Made by a program: the position numbers and the translations under genes. Below, piece by piece: positions 49,125-59,411 of a DNA stretch of 64,000 nt (within the stretch, counting starts at the first letter, position 1; every line of letters starts with the position of its first letter). The notes under the pieces are model-generated. The model was not told where the DNA came from, made no database searches, and saw nothing but the letters and a program-made list of their open reading frames with translations. The stretch is from assembly GCA_020348985.1 (NCBI GenBank), contig CP070761.1, positions 2,355,102 to 2,419,101 of the forward strand, written 5' to 3'. Source of the stretch: Candidatus Thorarchaeota archaeon (GTDB taxonomy: Archaea > Asgardarchaeota > Thorarchaeia > Thorarchaeales > Thorarchaeaceae).

Positions 49125-49925
49125 TCATTCTGATTCTGTACTGCCTTCCGGCAATTCCTCAAACATTGGAATTCCCTCTCGAATGAGCGGAAGTCTAAAC
49201 TCGGTTGCAACAAGTGCTCTATCAAGTCCGAAGAGCGCAATGGCTAGAATGATAGACATCACGAGCCTTTCGATGGGGTATATGAAAAGCACTATACTCA
49301 TGAATACGAACTCCACGTCTGCAGCTGGCCACCCTGCTATGTACCTGAAATAGGAGACCCCTATGGCGGAGCCTATCGCGTGATCGGTCATCACAGCAAC
49401 AAAGCTCATTATCCAGATTGAAAAGAACAGAAGGGCCAGATTGGCAGGAGATTTCTCCCCTGGTCCGAAGTCAAATGAGTCCGAGAGTAAAGGAATGACG
49501 AGAATCAATGCCAATAGAGCGGCGACAATGTGTAACCAGAGGTAGGCTACAGCAAACTGTCCCAGAGGTCCCAAATAGAATAATGCTATCGAATAACCAA
49601 TCATTATGGTGGCTACATATGGTTTCTTCTCTCTGATGAAGCCAGCTACAAATGCACCAAAGGTGGGTGGTATGATTGTAAATGGGCCGAGAAGCGGAAC
49701 CGTGGGATTCACCCATAGACCCATGACCGATCCAATGAGGACAGAGAAGGTCCCGAATATAGGTCCTAGAAGATAACCCACAAGAGGTCCTGATATCATT
49801 CCCAGCGTTATAGCTCCTCCTCCCACTCCAGGGAATGCTGGAATAATGCTGAGAACTAGATGAACGGCTGCGAAAATGCCGGTTAGAGCCCAAGGGTATG
49901 CCTTCGAATTGACAAATTCAGACAC
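49125..49925 (-). CDS. ECF transporter S-component-like membrane protein
   Basis: N-terminal A...IFAA, G.LLGP..G pattern, multiple TMs, YPIER. Confidence 0.72.
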   Translation of the reverse strand: MSEFVNSKAYPWALTGIFAAVHLVLSIIPAFPGVGGGAITLGMISGPLVGYLLGPIFGTFSVLIGSVMGLWVNPTVPLLGPFTIIPPTFGAFVAGFIREKKPYVATIMIGYSIALFYLGPLGQFAVAYLWLHIVAALLALILVIPLLSDSFDFGPGEKSPANLALLFFSIWIMSFVAVMTDHAIGSAIGVSYFRYIAGWPAADVEFVFMSIVLFIYPIERLVMSIILAIALFGLDRALVATEFRLPLIREGIPMFEELPEGSTESE

Positions 49926-49949
49926 AAAATCCTCTCCATGATTATTTAG

Positions 49950-49968
49950 TGTAGTTCAGTAAACTACA
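49950..49968. promoter_or_regulatory. Palindromic operator candidate
   Basis: TGTAGTT-N5-AACTACA in the 106-bp divergent intergenic region. Confidence 0.5.
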
Positions 49969-50031
49969 TAGGTACTTCTGTACACCGGAGTGCCGATCAA
50001 ACCTCTAGAAAAATCTGTTGGAGATTGAAAA

Positions 50032-51348
50032 ATGAGCTCTGAGAGCCAGCTCTGGCCCTTTCTACTGTTTCTTCCAAGGAGTTTTGAAGATCGACAAGAT
50101 TTCATCAAGTCGGTCTTGAGTTCAAGAGTGGCAGCAAGCGTGCTTTCTAGTTTCGATGAGACTGGTCGGGTCTACCAGAGGGATCTCGTTGAGGAGTTGA
50201 GCCACTCAAACAAGAGCATAATCGCCTACCTTAGGAGCCTGAATGATTACGGTCTAGTTGAAAGTGGTTCTACTGTTCGCGGAGGCAAGCGTGTCGTCTT
50301 TCACGAGCTTACCAGAAGTGGCTGGGGTCTTGCTCGATTCTTCTCGGAAGGTTTACCGTATGACCTTGGTGAGCTTACATCATTCCTTTTGGAAGACTAT
50401 CTAACACACCTTATAGCTCTCTATCGGGTCGAGAAGATGCCGGACGAAGTAATCTTCGACATCTTCACTCGGACTCGCGCAAAAGCCGTTCTTGAGGGCT
50501 CTCAGACATACGAAAGGCCTGACTTCATTTTGTTCGGTGCATCAGCATATCTTACGACGATTCAGTGTGAACAGATTCCAGCTCCGGGGTCCATTCTCTC
50601 TTGTTCTTCTCCAACCAGATCTCCTGGTGGCCCAACTGTCGACCTGGCGGCGACCTTGGCAGAAGACGGATTCCGAATATCATTCGTTTCATCAGTTGGT
50701 AATGACCAAGATGGTTGGAGAGTCATATCCGATCTCATAGGAAAAGGGGTCGATGTCTCGGACATAGTGATTGAGAATGACAAAACGACGAACGAGACTT
50801 TCGTTGTCGTTGACAAGAAAGGTGAGCGGACAATGGTTGGAATTGGAGACTCTACGTCTCTTTCGATAATCTCTCCTTCACAGGTTCCATGGGCAAAGGT
50901 AGGAAACGCGTCCGTCATCTACATCGGCGAAGTATTCATTGAGGTTGCCATCTCTATCGCTGCGTATGCACAGTCAAGAAACATCCCTGTTGTTTACCGG
51001 TGTTCGGTACCATACCTAGAGCTCGGTCTCGATAGGATAGAGCCAATTCTCAAGCAAGTTGATATTCTTGTCCTCTCCAATCGGGCGTGGCAGTATCTGC
51101 AGCAAAGTCATGGACCTAAAGCAATCGAGAAGCTCCAGGGCATCACCGAAGCGTCTATTCTGATAAAGAAGAAGAAATCGTACAGCGTCAGAACGAAGGC
51201 GAAGCGGCCGAAAACACTCCAGTGTCAGAAGTCAACTGACGACATTTCCAGCGAGTTCATGGCTGGTCTTCTAAATGGTATGAAGAACGGTCTTTTGCTG
51301 GAGAATGCAGTTCAGGTGGGCATCAGCCTGGAACTTGAAAGGGAATGA
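50032..51348 (+). CDS. wHTH + PfkB/ribokinase-like domain protein (putative regulator)
   Basis: N-terminal wHTH (YQRDLVEEL..SNKSII.YL..L...GLV); PfkB motifs SPGG, VGND.DG, GERTMV; GAGD motif absent. Confidence 0.8.
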   Translation: MSSESQLWPFLLFLPRSFEDRQDFIKSVLSSRVAASVLSSFDETGRVYQRDLVEELSHSNKSIIAYLRSLNDYGLVESGSTVRGGKRVVFHELTRSGWGLARFFSEGLPYDLGELTSFLLEDYLTHLIALYRVEKMPDEVIFDIFTRTRAKAVLEGSQTYERPDFILFGASAYLTTIQCEQIPAPGSILSCSSPTRSPGGPTVDLAATLAEDGFRISFVSSVGNDQDGWRVISDLIGKGVDVSDIVIENDKTTNETFVVVDKKGERTMVGIGDSTSLSIISPSQVPWAKVGNASVIYIGEVFIEVAISIAAYAQSRNIPVVYRCSVPYLELGLDRIEPILKQVDILVLSNRAWQYLQQSHGPKAIEKLQGITEASILIKKKKSYSVRTKAKRPKTLQCQKSTDDISSEFMAGLLNGMKNGLLLENAVQVGISLELERE

Positions 51349-51353
51349 GCAAC

Positions 51354-52268
51354 TCAGTTGCTAGATGAGGCCAAGACCCAGAAGAATAATCCGCCGAGGA
51401 TCCAGACAAACAGGCCGGCCCCCAAGATTACACCTAGCGTTGCTCCCATACTCGATGACCCGAGGTTAACATGCATGTTTGTGAAGCGCTTGAAACCGCC
51501 CACATACATGGTTTCGTAGTCACAGTGAAACTCCTTGTCTATTATGGCTCCGCAAATCTCGCAGACAAAACGATTCTGTGCCACCGCCCCAATAAGACTA
51601 TCCAGATTGCAGCCGATGAATCCCGTCAACACGGCGAGTGGAACTATGAAGACAAGCTGTTCGGGAGAACCAATAGGAACTGATCCTGGTGCGAGAAAGT
51701 GAAATGCGAGAGCAATTATCCCAACAACAATGCCCGCCAGAAGTGCTACGCCCTCTCCTAGGAGCGATACAGCACCTATTGTTCCTCTCGGTACTTTCCT
51801 CCTAAGATGAGTAATCAGCCTCGGCTTTCTCTTGGAGAAGACTCCTATCTCACTGGCCAGCGTGTCTGCAGTCGTTGTCGCCACAGCTCCAACAAACCCT
51901 CCAAACATCCAAAACGCCAGATCTAAATTGCCCCCTACAGTTGCAGCGTAGATGCCAATCGAGAACATCAGAGGAATCATTCCACTACCTAGAACATTCT
52001 TCCAAGATCTCTTCCCCTTTCCCTCTTGAGCAAGACCTGCTTTTGCCTTGGCCTTGTACTTGAATTTCGTAGCCAGACCTGCGGAAAGGAAGAAGAACAG
52101 AAGTAGAGTAAAAGATGCAGGCCCTCCTGTATACCAAACCGCGAAGCCAATAATGAATGCACTGATGAGGCCTGAAATGTCAACGAACCCTGCTTTGTAG
52201 GCCAACGTACCCATCACCGCCATCACGAGAATGCCAGAGAGTGCACGGTTCGCGAGTATTTCTAACAA
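51354..52268 (-). CDS. DUF92/TMEM19 family membrane protein
   Basis: RSWKNVLGSG, ADTLASEIG, P.LIT...VP.GT.GAVS, DSLIGA..Q. Confidence 0.9.
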   Translation of the reverse strand: MLEILANRALSGILVMAVMGTLAYKAGFVDISGLISAFIIGFAVWYTGGPASFTLLLFFFLSAGLATKFKYKAKAKAGLAQEGKGKRSWKNVLGSGMIPLMFSIGIYAATVGGNLDLAFWMFGGFVGAVATTTADTLASEIGVFSKRKPRLITHLRRKVPRGTIGAVSLLGEGVALLAGIVVGIIALAFHFLAPGSVPIGSPEQLVFIVPLAVLTGFIGCNLDSLIGAVAQNRFVCEICGAIIDKEFHCDYETMYVGGFKRFTNMHVNLGSSSMGATLGVILGAGLFVWILGGLFFWVLASSSN

Positions 52269-52533
52269 TCAGTCCACATCCAAATTCCGCTTTCACATTT
52301 AGTGGTTTCAGTTATTGCTAGTTATAATGACTAAAGTTCTATGGTCATAAACCAGATGACGGAAATCCTGTTACCTTAACAAGGAAGCCCCGTGGCATTC
52401 CATTTATACCTTTTCTCTGGCCCATAAACAATGTCGAAGTTGACTTCGTTGGAATCATCATTTGTACTGACAGAAGCCAGATATGTGCACATAGTAATAT
52501 TCTATGATGATAGAGCTGTTCGTTTGTGCAGAA

Positions 52534-55500
52534 TCAATAAATGGTGAACCGTTTATCCTGCACCTCAATTGCCCTGGCTGGAAGAGGGCGTCCGGACTCA
52601 GAAATGACTAGCTCCAAGTAATGGCCTGTCACGACCTCTAGATCTGGCGTTATCCATCGAACTTTCTCATCGAAGCTTGCGGATTCTTTCCTCCAAACCA
52701 AAGAGAACTCCTCTACCGGCTTACGACGAGTCATGACTCTGAGCATGATCTCAAGACCTTCATTACCTTCTCTAACAGAGTGAATACTGATGTGAATCCA
52801 AATCGGTGTCTTCCTGGGAACCAAACCCAGAATCTCTTCTCCGCTCTCGTCCTTCAGCACGAATTCCGCTCTAAATACTGCATCTGAGATGGCCTTCACT
52901 TTGAGCCGATGCACTCGCTCCAAGTTCCTTTTCCCACACGTGAGTCTTGCCTTTAGATGTGCTGTGCTCATCTCTACGCTCAGCGGTACTCTGAATTGCA
53001 GCGCGAACATTCTGGTCTCTTCATCCTTGATGTCAACATCTTGTGAAAGAATCGATATCGCTCCACTCTCGGAATCCAGCTGTACTTCCAACTTGCCTGT
53101 AAGAGTCTCACCGGAGGTATTTGTGACATGGAGGGCTGAACTTACGGACTCGTCTGGCGTCACAAATGTCGGTGCCCCGCTGAAGACGATTTGCGCGATT
53201 TCGCTCTCTGCCCTCTCTGTCAGCTCGATCTCGGTACTGGCAGTATCCAGCCTGATTCCTGCATAGAACATAGCAGCCACTAATGTCACTCGTTCAGCGT
53301 TAAGCGAAGATACCTCCGGTATTGTGTATGGTCCAAATGAGATTGAGAGATTCCTGCTCGGCTTCACCGGTTGATTCGATAATTCATGGGTCTCGCCATC
53401 GGGGAATTCGAGGATCAATAGGAGACTTGCGGGTTCTCCCAGTTCTGTGTTTCTACGGACTCGAAGCCATCCAGATATTGAATCGCCAATTCTGGCCTGG
53501 GCTGGTGCCCTTAGTGAGTCAATTGTCATTCTAACGCCCATTTGTAGGATCGCAAACCTGGGTGATTCTGCAGCAGCTACTTCTGTTCCATTGTCGTATA
53601 ATACTGCTCTTACAATGCCCAAGTTCTCACCCGGAGAATCTCTGCTCATAGATGGAACTCTCCATTCAAACCGCAGCGACTCGCCAACCAACTCTTGCGC
53701 AGGAATGTCTACAATCGGCACATGGATTCCTGCTTCGTTTGAGAACTCAACGAGTAACCTTGATGTCTTCTGCAGCCTCCGCCCGATTCCTTTCAGACCA
53801 ATCTCGCCATGGATTATCTCTCCTGGGGCATGTTGGCCTTTGATGTCCGTTCTCAAAAGGAGGTGCATCTCTCTTCTGCCGAATCCTACATAGAACGGTC
53901 TCGATGCTGAGGAAGCTACTTCATTTCCCATTTCATCCTTGATACTTATCCGTAACAAACACCTTTCAAGTCCATCTGAAAGGCCTGCTGGAATTATGAG
54001 GGGACGAAAGTCATCGTTGCGAATCGCCAATGCTGCAATTTCATCTACAGAAATCTCTCTAGACGAGGCCGCGTATGTTGTCTCCTTGTCCTGTGCCACT
54101 ACTTCGACTGTGCATGTGATCTGAGTTCCTCCCGGATAGTTTGTGTCGATCTCGCCAGTAAACAACACTGGAGCATCCCCGTCGGCAAACTGCGTTATCG
54201 ACGCCGGTCTGACATTGGCGCTTATCCAGTACGTATTGATAGTGCGTGAGAAGACTAGCCGCTTCCCGGCGAAGCTGACGTCTGCGATGATATTGTAAGC
54301 AGTTGCCAGTTTTTCCGTCTTGAACCCAATTGTGTGCTCTTGCGTTGAGTCTTCTTCCAGAAGGGGCAGAAGGAAAGAATCTTGTGATATTGGTCTTCTT
54401 TCAGAATCCTCTACTGAGTAGGATAAGGTGAGATCTCTGACTTCTCTCCCTGTCTGGTTGTCCAGCCGGATGACAAACTCTGTGCTTTGACCGGCAAACA
54501 CTCTCTCATTCTGCAATACTATCTCATGTTCTAGACCCTTCCACCAGCATATCCACTGAGGAAGACGGGGAGTTCCTCCAAGAGGATCGTAAAGCCAATT
54601 CGTGCAGCACTCTCTTGCTATGTCTGCGAGTTTTCGAAGCAGAGTCATCATGTTCAGATTTGATTTCGCAAACACATCAAGTTGATAATCTGCCCCAGTT
54701 GTTTTGGGCTCGACTATCTCGCTGCCAAAGAGCGAAACAAGGAGTGCTTGCATAAACGGATTATCAATAGCGTTCAACTCCTCTAGTTCGTCTCTGACCA
54801 GAAAGAGCATAGAGACAACTGCATCTGCCATGAACCTGTTTCTACGTTGAATATCGAACGACCCGTTGTCATCAATACTGCTGTTGTAGATGTCAAGATA
54901 ATCGGAATCCGCTTCAGAGGAAGTAGGACGAAATGGGGCCCAAAGTCCTGCCGTCAATGCCGCCATTCGGTTAACTGAAAGGGATTTCGCCCCGACATCG
55001 GGAACTCTCTTGCCACTCTCGTGCATTCGTTTTGCCTTTAGTGCCAATGCCTGGAGCAATAGAGCGATACCAATCCTTCTGGGCACTGATAACTGAGTAT
55101 CAAAGACACGTACCTCGATAGTCCCATAATCGGTGAAAGGGTAGACGTCCACCATCCGGGCAAAGCTTCTATTGACGTGGCGGGCGAATCCCTCCTTGTC
55201 AGGCTCCTCAAGGTGAGGGATGAATTCGAACTCGCTTGTTGGTCCCATCTGAGTTGTGTTCCTATGTAGTCTAATAGACCTTAGACATCGTGGAGCTATG
55301 GTTCTGCCTTCATCATCGACTGAAACGTTGTTTGTGGGTTTCTTGTTCTCAAAGGGAGAATTGACGCTAAGAGCTATCAGATGCGGGATATGATTTCTAA
55401 TCATGTTGTAAACGGCGAGTCTTGTGCCATCATCAATATCGGGTCCTAGTATATGATGATGCTCGCCGAAAGAGAGGTTCTTCAGATACTCCTGAGTTGG

Positions 55501-55965
55501 ATTTAGCCCAGTTGAGACAAGGATTGCACGTGATTCTTCGGGTATCGACTCGTGTGACACCGCTATAAGGGTCTGCACCCACCACGCCAACTCCTCCAGT
55601 GTAGTGCAGGGAGGAGACGCGACCTCAAGAATCCAAGTCAGACTGGTAACGTTTGGGTCATGTCCAACAAGAGTATACTCTCTAAAGACACCATCTGGTC
55701 CTTCATAGCTAGCAACAATTCTAGAGCCACGTTCGCCTTCTTCAGTCTGGGTCGAGTATTTGTACTTCCTCTTGACAGAATCCACAGTGGAGGATCGAAT
55801 TCTATGATCTATAAGCTCCTTGGCCTTTGACATAATGCTGTCAAAGATAACAAGTATTTCTTCACCGCGAATCCAAGTGCCGTCCCTTCTGATTACCTGT
55901 AGTTCAGCCTCGATTCCGTGAACGAATGGAAGAGAAGACTCACCGCTTTCCGAATTCTTGGACAT
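52534..55965 (-). CDS. GCS2/YbdK carboxylate-amine ligase domain fused to multiple Ig-like domains
   Basis: GIEAELQ, LEVASPP, FGEHHH, IALSVNSPF, TIEVRVFD; about 660 aa beta-rich C-terminus. Confidence 0.82.
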   Translation of the reverse strand: MSKNSESGESSLPFVHGIEAELQVIRRDGTWIRGEEILVIFDSIMSKAKELIDHRIRSSTVDSVKRKYKYSTQTEEGERGSRIVASYEGPDGVFREYTLVGHDPNVTSLTWILEVASPPCTTLEELAWWVQTLIAVSHESIPEESRAILVSTGLNPTQEYLKNLSFGEHHHILGPDIDDGTRLAVYNMIRNHIPHLIALSVNSPFENKKPTNNVSVDDEGRTIAPRCLRSIRLHRNTTQMGPTSEFEFIPHLEEPDKEGFARHVNRSFARMVDVYPFTDYGTIEVRVFDTQLSVPRRIGIALLLQALALKAKRMHESGKRVPDVGAKSLSVNRMAALTAGLWAPFRPTSSEADSDYLDIYNSSIDDNGSFDIQRRNRFMADAVVSMLFLVRDELEELNAIDNPFMQALLVSLFGSEIVEPKTTGADYQLDVFAKSNLNMMTLLRKLADIARECCTNWLYDPLGGTPRLPQWICWWKGLEHEIVLQNERVFAGQSTEFVIRLDNQTGREVRDLTLSYSVEDSERRPISQDSFLLPLLEEDSTQEHTIGFKTEKLATAYNIIADVSFAGKRLVFSRTINTYWISANVRPASITQFADGDAPVLFTGEIDTNYPGGTQITCTVEVVAQDKETTYAASSREISVDEIAALAIRNDDFRPLIIPAGLSDGLERCLLRISIKDEMGNEVASSASRPFYVGFGRREMHLLLRTDIKGQHAPGEIIHGEIGLKGIGRRLQKTSRLLVEFSNEAGIHVPIVDIPAQELVGESLRFEWRVPSMSRDSPGENLGIVRAVLYDNGTEVAAAESPRFAILQMGVRMTIDSLRAPAQARIGDSISGWLRVRRNTELGEPASLLLILEFPDGETHELSNQPVKPSRNLSISFGPYTIPEVSSLNAERVTLVAAMFYAGIRLDTASTEIELTERAESEIAQIVFSGAPTFVTPDESVSSALHVTNTSGETLTGKLEVQLDSESGAISILSQDVDIKDEETRMFALQFRVPLSVEMSTAHLKARLTCGKRNLERVHRLKVKAISDAVFRAEFVLKDESGEEILGLVPRKTPIWIHISIHSVREGNEGLEIMLRVMTRRKPVEEFSLVWRKESASFDEKVRWITPDLEVVTGHYLELVISESGRPLPARAIEVQDKRFTIY

Positions 55966-55982
55966 TATTGAAACCCGAACCT

Positions 55983-56429
55983 CTAGTGGTCAGCCACTAA
56001 CTCGAATACATCCTTGATCTTCTCACTCAGTTCCCTGAGTCTGTACCAGCTGGATTCACGAGCTTCTCCCCTGGAGAGCCGCGCGACCATCTGGTCGTAG
56101 TCTGCTACGATGACATCTCGAAGAACTGAGATTGCTTTCTCATCATTGAAGTGTGAATCATTCACACGTCCGTCCTCAAGTCGCTTGGCCAGAGGTGCCA
56201 AGGCTTTCTCTGCTGAGTCTATGGATATGAGCGCTGACCTGAACTTCTCTTTTGGTTCTCTCATCGCATAGCCTCCCACCAATGGCGACATTCCTGCGCC
56301 GAGTGACCCTCTGCCTATGTCATCCAAAGCTTCCATTGCATCCTGCATATGATCATATGTGTCTGAAAGGACCTTCTTGATCGCTTTGAGAATTCGAGGC
56401 CTGTCAGACTCTTCTGTCATCCGAGTCAC
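55983..56429 (-). CDS. Hypothetical helical protein, co-transcribed with the GCS2 fusion
   Basis: GGAG RBS, 17-bp gap to the next gene. Confidence 0.7.
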   Translation of the reverse strand: MTRMTEESDRPRILKAIKKVLSDTYDHMQDAMEALDDIGRGSLGAGMSPLVGGYAMREPKEKFRSALISIDSAEKALAPLAKRLEDGRVNDSHFNDEKAISVLRDVIVADYDQMVARLSRGEARESSWYRLRELSEKIKDVFELVADH

Positions 56430-56509
56430 ATACTCTCCTCTGTATTGTACCTAGAAAAACAAACCGCATATGACGGCACACAAATGCCGCCCAAGTCATA
56501 TCACAACTC

Positions 56510-57571
56510 TCAGGTGATCTCTATTTCAGGCAACTCGCCGGCAAAGTGACAAGCAACCACGTGTTCGTCTCCCATGTCACGGTCCTCAGGGACTTCCCTG
56601 ACACAGATCTCCTGTGCGTAAGGACATCTCGGATGGAATCGACAACCTGGGGGTACGTTGATTGGGCTCGGCGGCTCGCCCTTGAGTGATTCGACACGAC
56701 GCTTGACAGTCGGATCTCCTGAAGGCACTGCTGAAATCAGAGCCCTCGTGTACGGATGAAGCGGATTGAAGGCCACTTCATGAGATGGACCCAGTTCCAT
56801 CAACTTACCTAGGTACATAATGCCGATTCGATGTGCAATGTAAGTTGCGACTGCGAGGTCATGTGTAATGAACAGGTACGTAAGACCAAGCTCTTCTCTC
56901 AGTTCGAGAAGAAGGTTGAGAATCTCTGCACGAATAGAGACATCGAGCATTGACACTGGTTCGTCTGCAACCATGAAGTCTGGGTGTAGAATCAGAGCCC
57001 GTGCGACAGAGATTCGCTGTCTCTGTCCGCCGCTCAGCTCGTGGGGATATCTATCAATGTAGTCAATTGCTGGTGTCAAAGCCACACTCTCAAGGGCCTC
57101 AAGAACCCGTTCTCTCTTCTGACTTGGTGTGAGTGGAATCTTGTGTACAACCAGGGGCTCAGAAACGATACCATAGATGCTCTGTTTTGGATTAAGTGAT
57201 TCGTATGGATCCTGGAAGGTTATCTGCATCCGTTTTCTGAGTTCCTTCATCTCGTTGCGATCGAGTGCTCCTAGGTCTTGATCAGCATAAGTCACAAGTC
57301 CGTCCGTGGGGGATTCAAGGTATAATATGCATCTGCCAGTTGTTGTCTTCCCACATCCAGATTCGCCCGCAAGCACCAGGACCTCGCCTTTCTTTATGTC
57401 AAACGTAAGGCCGTCAACGGCTTTTACAAAGAGTTCCTGTTTGTACAACAAGGATGATAGGAAGCCAGTATTGACCGGAAACCACTTGCGAAGCCCCCGT
57501 ACCTTGACAAGCGTGTCGCCTTCTCTAATTGCTCTTGCGTCTTCCGCGAATGAGGATTCTCTCATTGTCAT
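56510..57571 (-). CDS. oppF: Oligopeptide/dipeptide ABC transporter ATP-binding protein
   Basis: [29 protein letters not shown]. Confidence 0.93.
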   Translation of the reverse strand: MTMRESSFAEDARAIREGDTLVKVRGLRKWFPVNTGFLSSLLYKQELFVKAVDGLTFDIKKGEVLVLAGESGCGKTTTGRCILYLESPTDGLVTYADQDLGALDRNEMKELRKRMQITFQDPYESLNPKQSIYGIVSEPLVVHKIPLTPSQKRERVLEALESVALTPAIDYIDRYPHELSGGQRQRISVARALILHPDFMVADEPVSMLDVSIRAEILNLLLELREELGLTYLFITHDLAVATYIAHRIGIMYLGKLMELGPSHEVAFNPLHPYTRALISAVPSGDPTVKRRVESLKGEPPSPINVPPGCRFHPRCPYAQEICVREVPEDRDMGDEHVVACHFAGELPEIEIT

Positions 57572-57583
57572 CTTGCTTACCTC

Positions 57584-58573
57584 CTAGTCAATATCAGTTC
57601 TGAGTTCGCCCTTGAGCTGTTCTGCGAAGTGACATGAGACCCATCTGCCTGGGTCTATCTCTTCAGAGGCAGGCTCTTCGCGAGAACAGATTTCCTTTGC
57701 GTAAGGACATCGAGGATGGAATCTGCATCCGGTGGGTGGATCGATAAGGTCCGGAGGAGATCCGGGTATTGAGGTCAACGTTTTCTTTTCTGCCTTGACC
57801 ATGCTGGGAATCGCCCCAACCAAGCCCGTTGCGTAGGGATGAACAGGGTCCTTGTAGACTGATACTACGTCAGCAAGCTCGGCAATACGGCCGGCGTACA
57901 TAATTGCAACACTGTCACATGTTTCCGCAATTACGCTCAGGTCGTGAGTGATTAGAATTAGGGAGAGACCCAAGTCCTTCTGTAGCTTCTGCATCAGCTT
58001 GAGAATCTGTGCCTGAATGGTGACGTCGAGGGCAGTTGTAGGTTCATCTGCGATTACTAGGTCTGGGTTGCAGGCCAGTGCCATCGCAATCATTGCACGC
58101 TGCCGCATCCCACCACTGAATTCGTGAGGATAGTTGTGAATTCGACCAGGGTCTAGACCCACCATTTCGAAGAGCTTTGCACACCGATCCAAGGCCTCTT
58201 CTTCAGTCACATTCTCATGCATGAGAATGGCCTCAGCTATTTGCTCACCAATCTCAAAGACAGGATTGAGAGCATTCATTGCGCCCTGGAAGACAATAGC
58301 TACGTTCTTCCATCGTATGTCACGCATCTCTCTAGCTGTCTTTCTGAGAAGGTCGTCTCCTTTGAAGTAGATGTTGCCTCCCACAACGTTGGCTGCTGGT
58401 GGGAGCAACTGCATAATGGAGTATGCAAGACTACTCTTTCCGCATCCTGACTCTCCTGCAAGTCCGATGGACTCTCCTGACTCAAGCTGCAGGGAAACAT
58501 CGTCGACTGCTTTGACGAAGCCTTTTTGGGTCTGGTAGTACATTCTCACATTCCGCATGTCAAGCAGATTCAT
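57584..58573 (-). CDS. oppD: Oligopeptide/dipeptide ABC transporter ATP-binding protein
   Basis: [33 protein letters not shown]. Confidence 0.93.
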   Translation of the reverse strand: MNLLDMRNVRMYYQTQKGFVKAVDDVSLQLESGESIGLAGESGCGKSSLAYSIMQLLPPAANVVGGNIYFKGDDLLRKTAREMRDIRWKNVAIVFQGAMNALNPVFEIGEQIAEAILMHENVTEEEALDRCAKLFEMVGLDPGRIHNYPHEFSGGMRQRAMIAMALACNPDLVIADEPTTALDVTIQAQILKLMQKLQKDLGLSLILITHDLSVIAETCDSVAIMYAGRIAELADVVSVYKDPVHPYATGLVGAIPSMVKAEKKTLTSIPGSPPDLIDPPTGCRFHPRCPYAKEICSREEPASEEIDPGRWVSCHFAEQLKGELRTDID

Positions 58574-58856
58574 TCTTCTATCTCCGTTTCGGGAATTCAT
58601 TGCTGACTTGGTACTACGAGTGGTTCAAGAACCGTACAAGCTCGTGGTCGTTTTGTGTCGCACTTATATAACTTGCTTTCCACGACAATATCGAAAAGAG
58701 CCGTTTGGCGAAACGACTGCTCGAGAGCTGCCTCTGTTACGGATGAGTCGAAACAAGGCTTTCTTTCGGATAACTGATACTGAATTGCTTCTATTGACTC
58801 TCAACCTGATTCGAAAACAGTAAAAGGGCATCCCCGTAAGGAGGGCGTGGTTGACC

Positions 58857-59174
58857 ATGACAGTCAGGGCCTTTCCAGAGACAAGAGATGAACCCAGAAA
58901 ACGACTATTGCTAATCCCAATAATCCTCATAGCTGGAGGACTTGGTCTATCTATGCTTCATCCAGCTCTTCAGTTCATTGGTGCTGTTTTGGCCCTTGCA
59001 GGAGCACTGAGCGTGTTTCTTGTCGGCATGGTGTTTGCGGATCTCTGGGCAGCATCCAGAAGGACCAGGGACATCATCAAGGCCCGTGAGGAACGAGGAA
59101 TATCTGAACCCGAAAGACCTGTTGAAGAAGATCCGTTCATCGACATGCTTGCTGAGGACGATGATGAAGTCTGA
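58857..59174 (+). CDS. Small 2-TM protein with acidic tail
   Basis: GGAGG RBS, two hydrophobic helices. Confidence 0.65.
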   Translation: MTVRAFPETRDEPRKRLLLIPIILIAGGLGLSMLHPALQFIGAVLALAGALSVFLVGMVFADLWAASRRTRDIIKAREERGISEPERPVEEDPFIDMLAEDDDEV

Positions 59175-59411
59175 AGCTGCGGGGATTGAACATTTCTCCT
59201 CCATCCTCGCTTGTCCGCATTATTCACATTATCATTTTAGGTTTTCAAGTATGCAATGAACTAAGAGTATATGTATTAGAACAGTGAGGTTTTTTAGTGG
59301 ATACTCGCGCAGTGACGCGAAGTCTGTTCATTTGGTTTGACTGATTCCATTTGATGCAGTCACATCCCTCGTCTCGTGAGAACGGTTGGACCATTGAAAG
59401 GAGGAAGAAAA

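Noticed and set aside
58690-58770. Short stems and GGATGAG..GAAAC resembling a hammerhead ribozyme core
   Set aside because: The core is CGGAUGA rather than CUGAUGA and stem II cannot form; the pairings are weak
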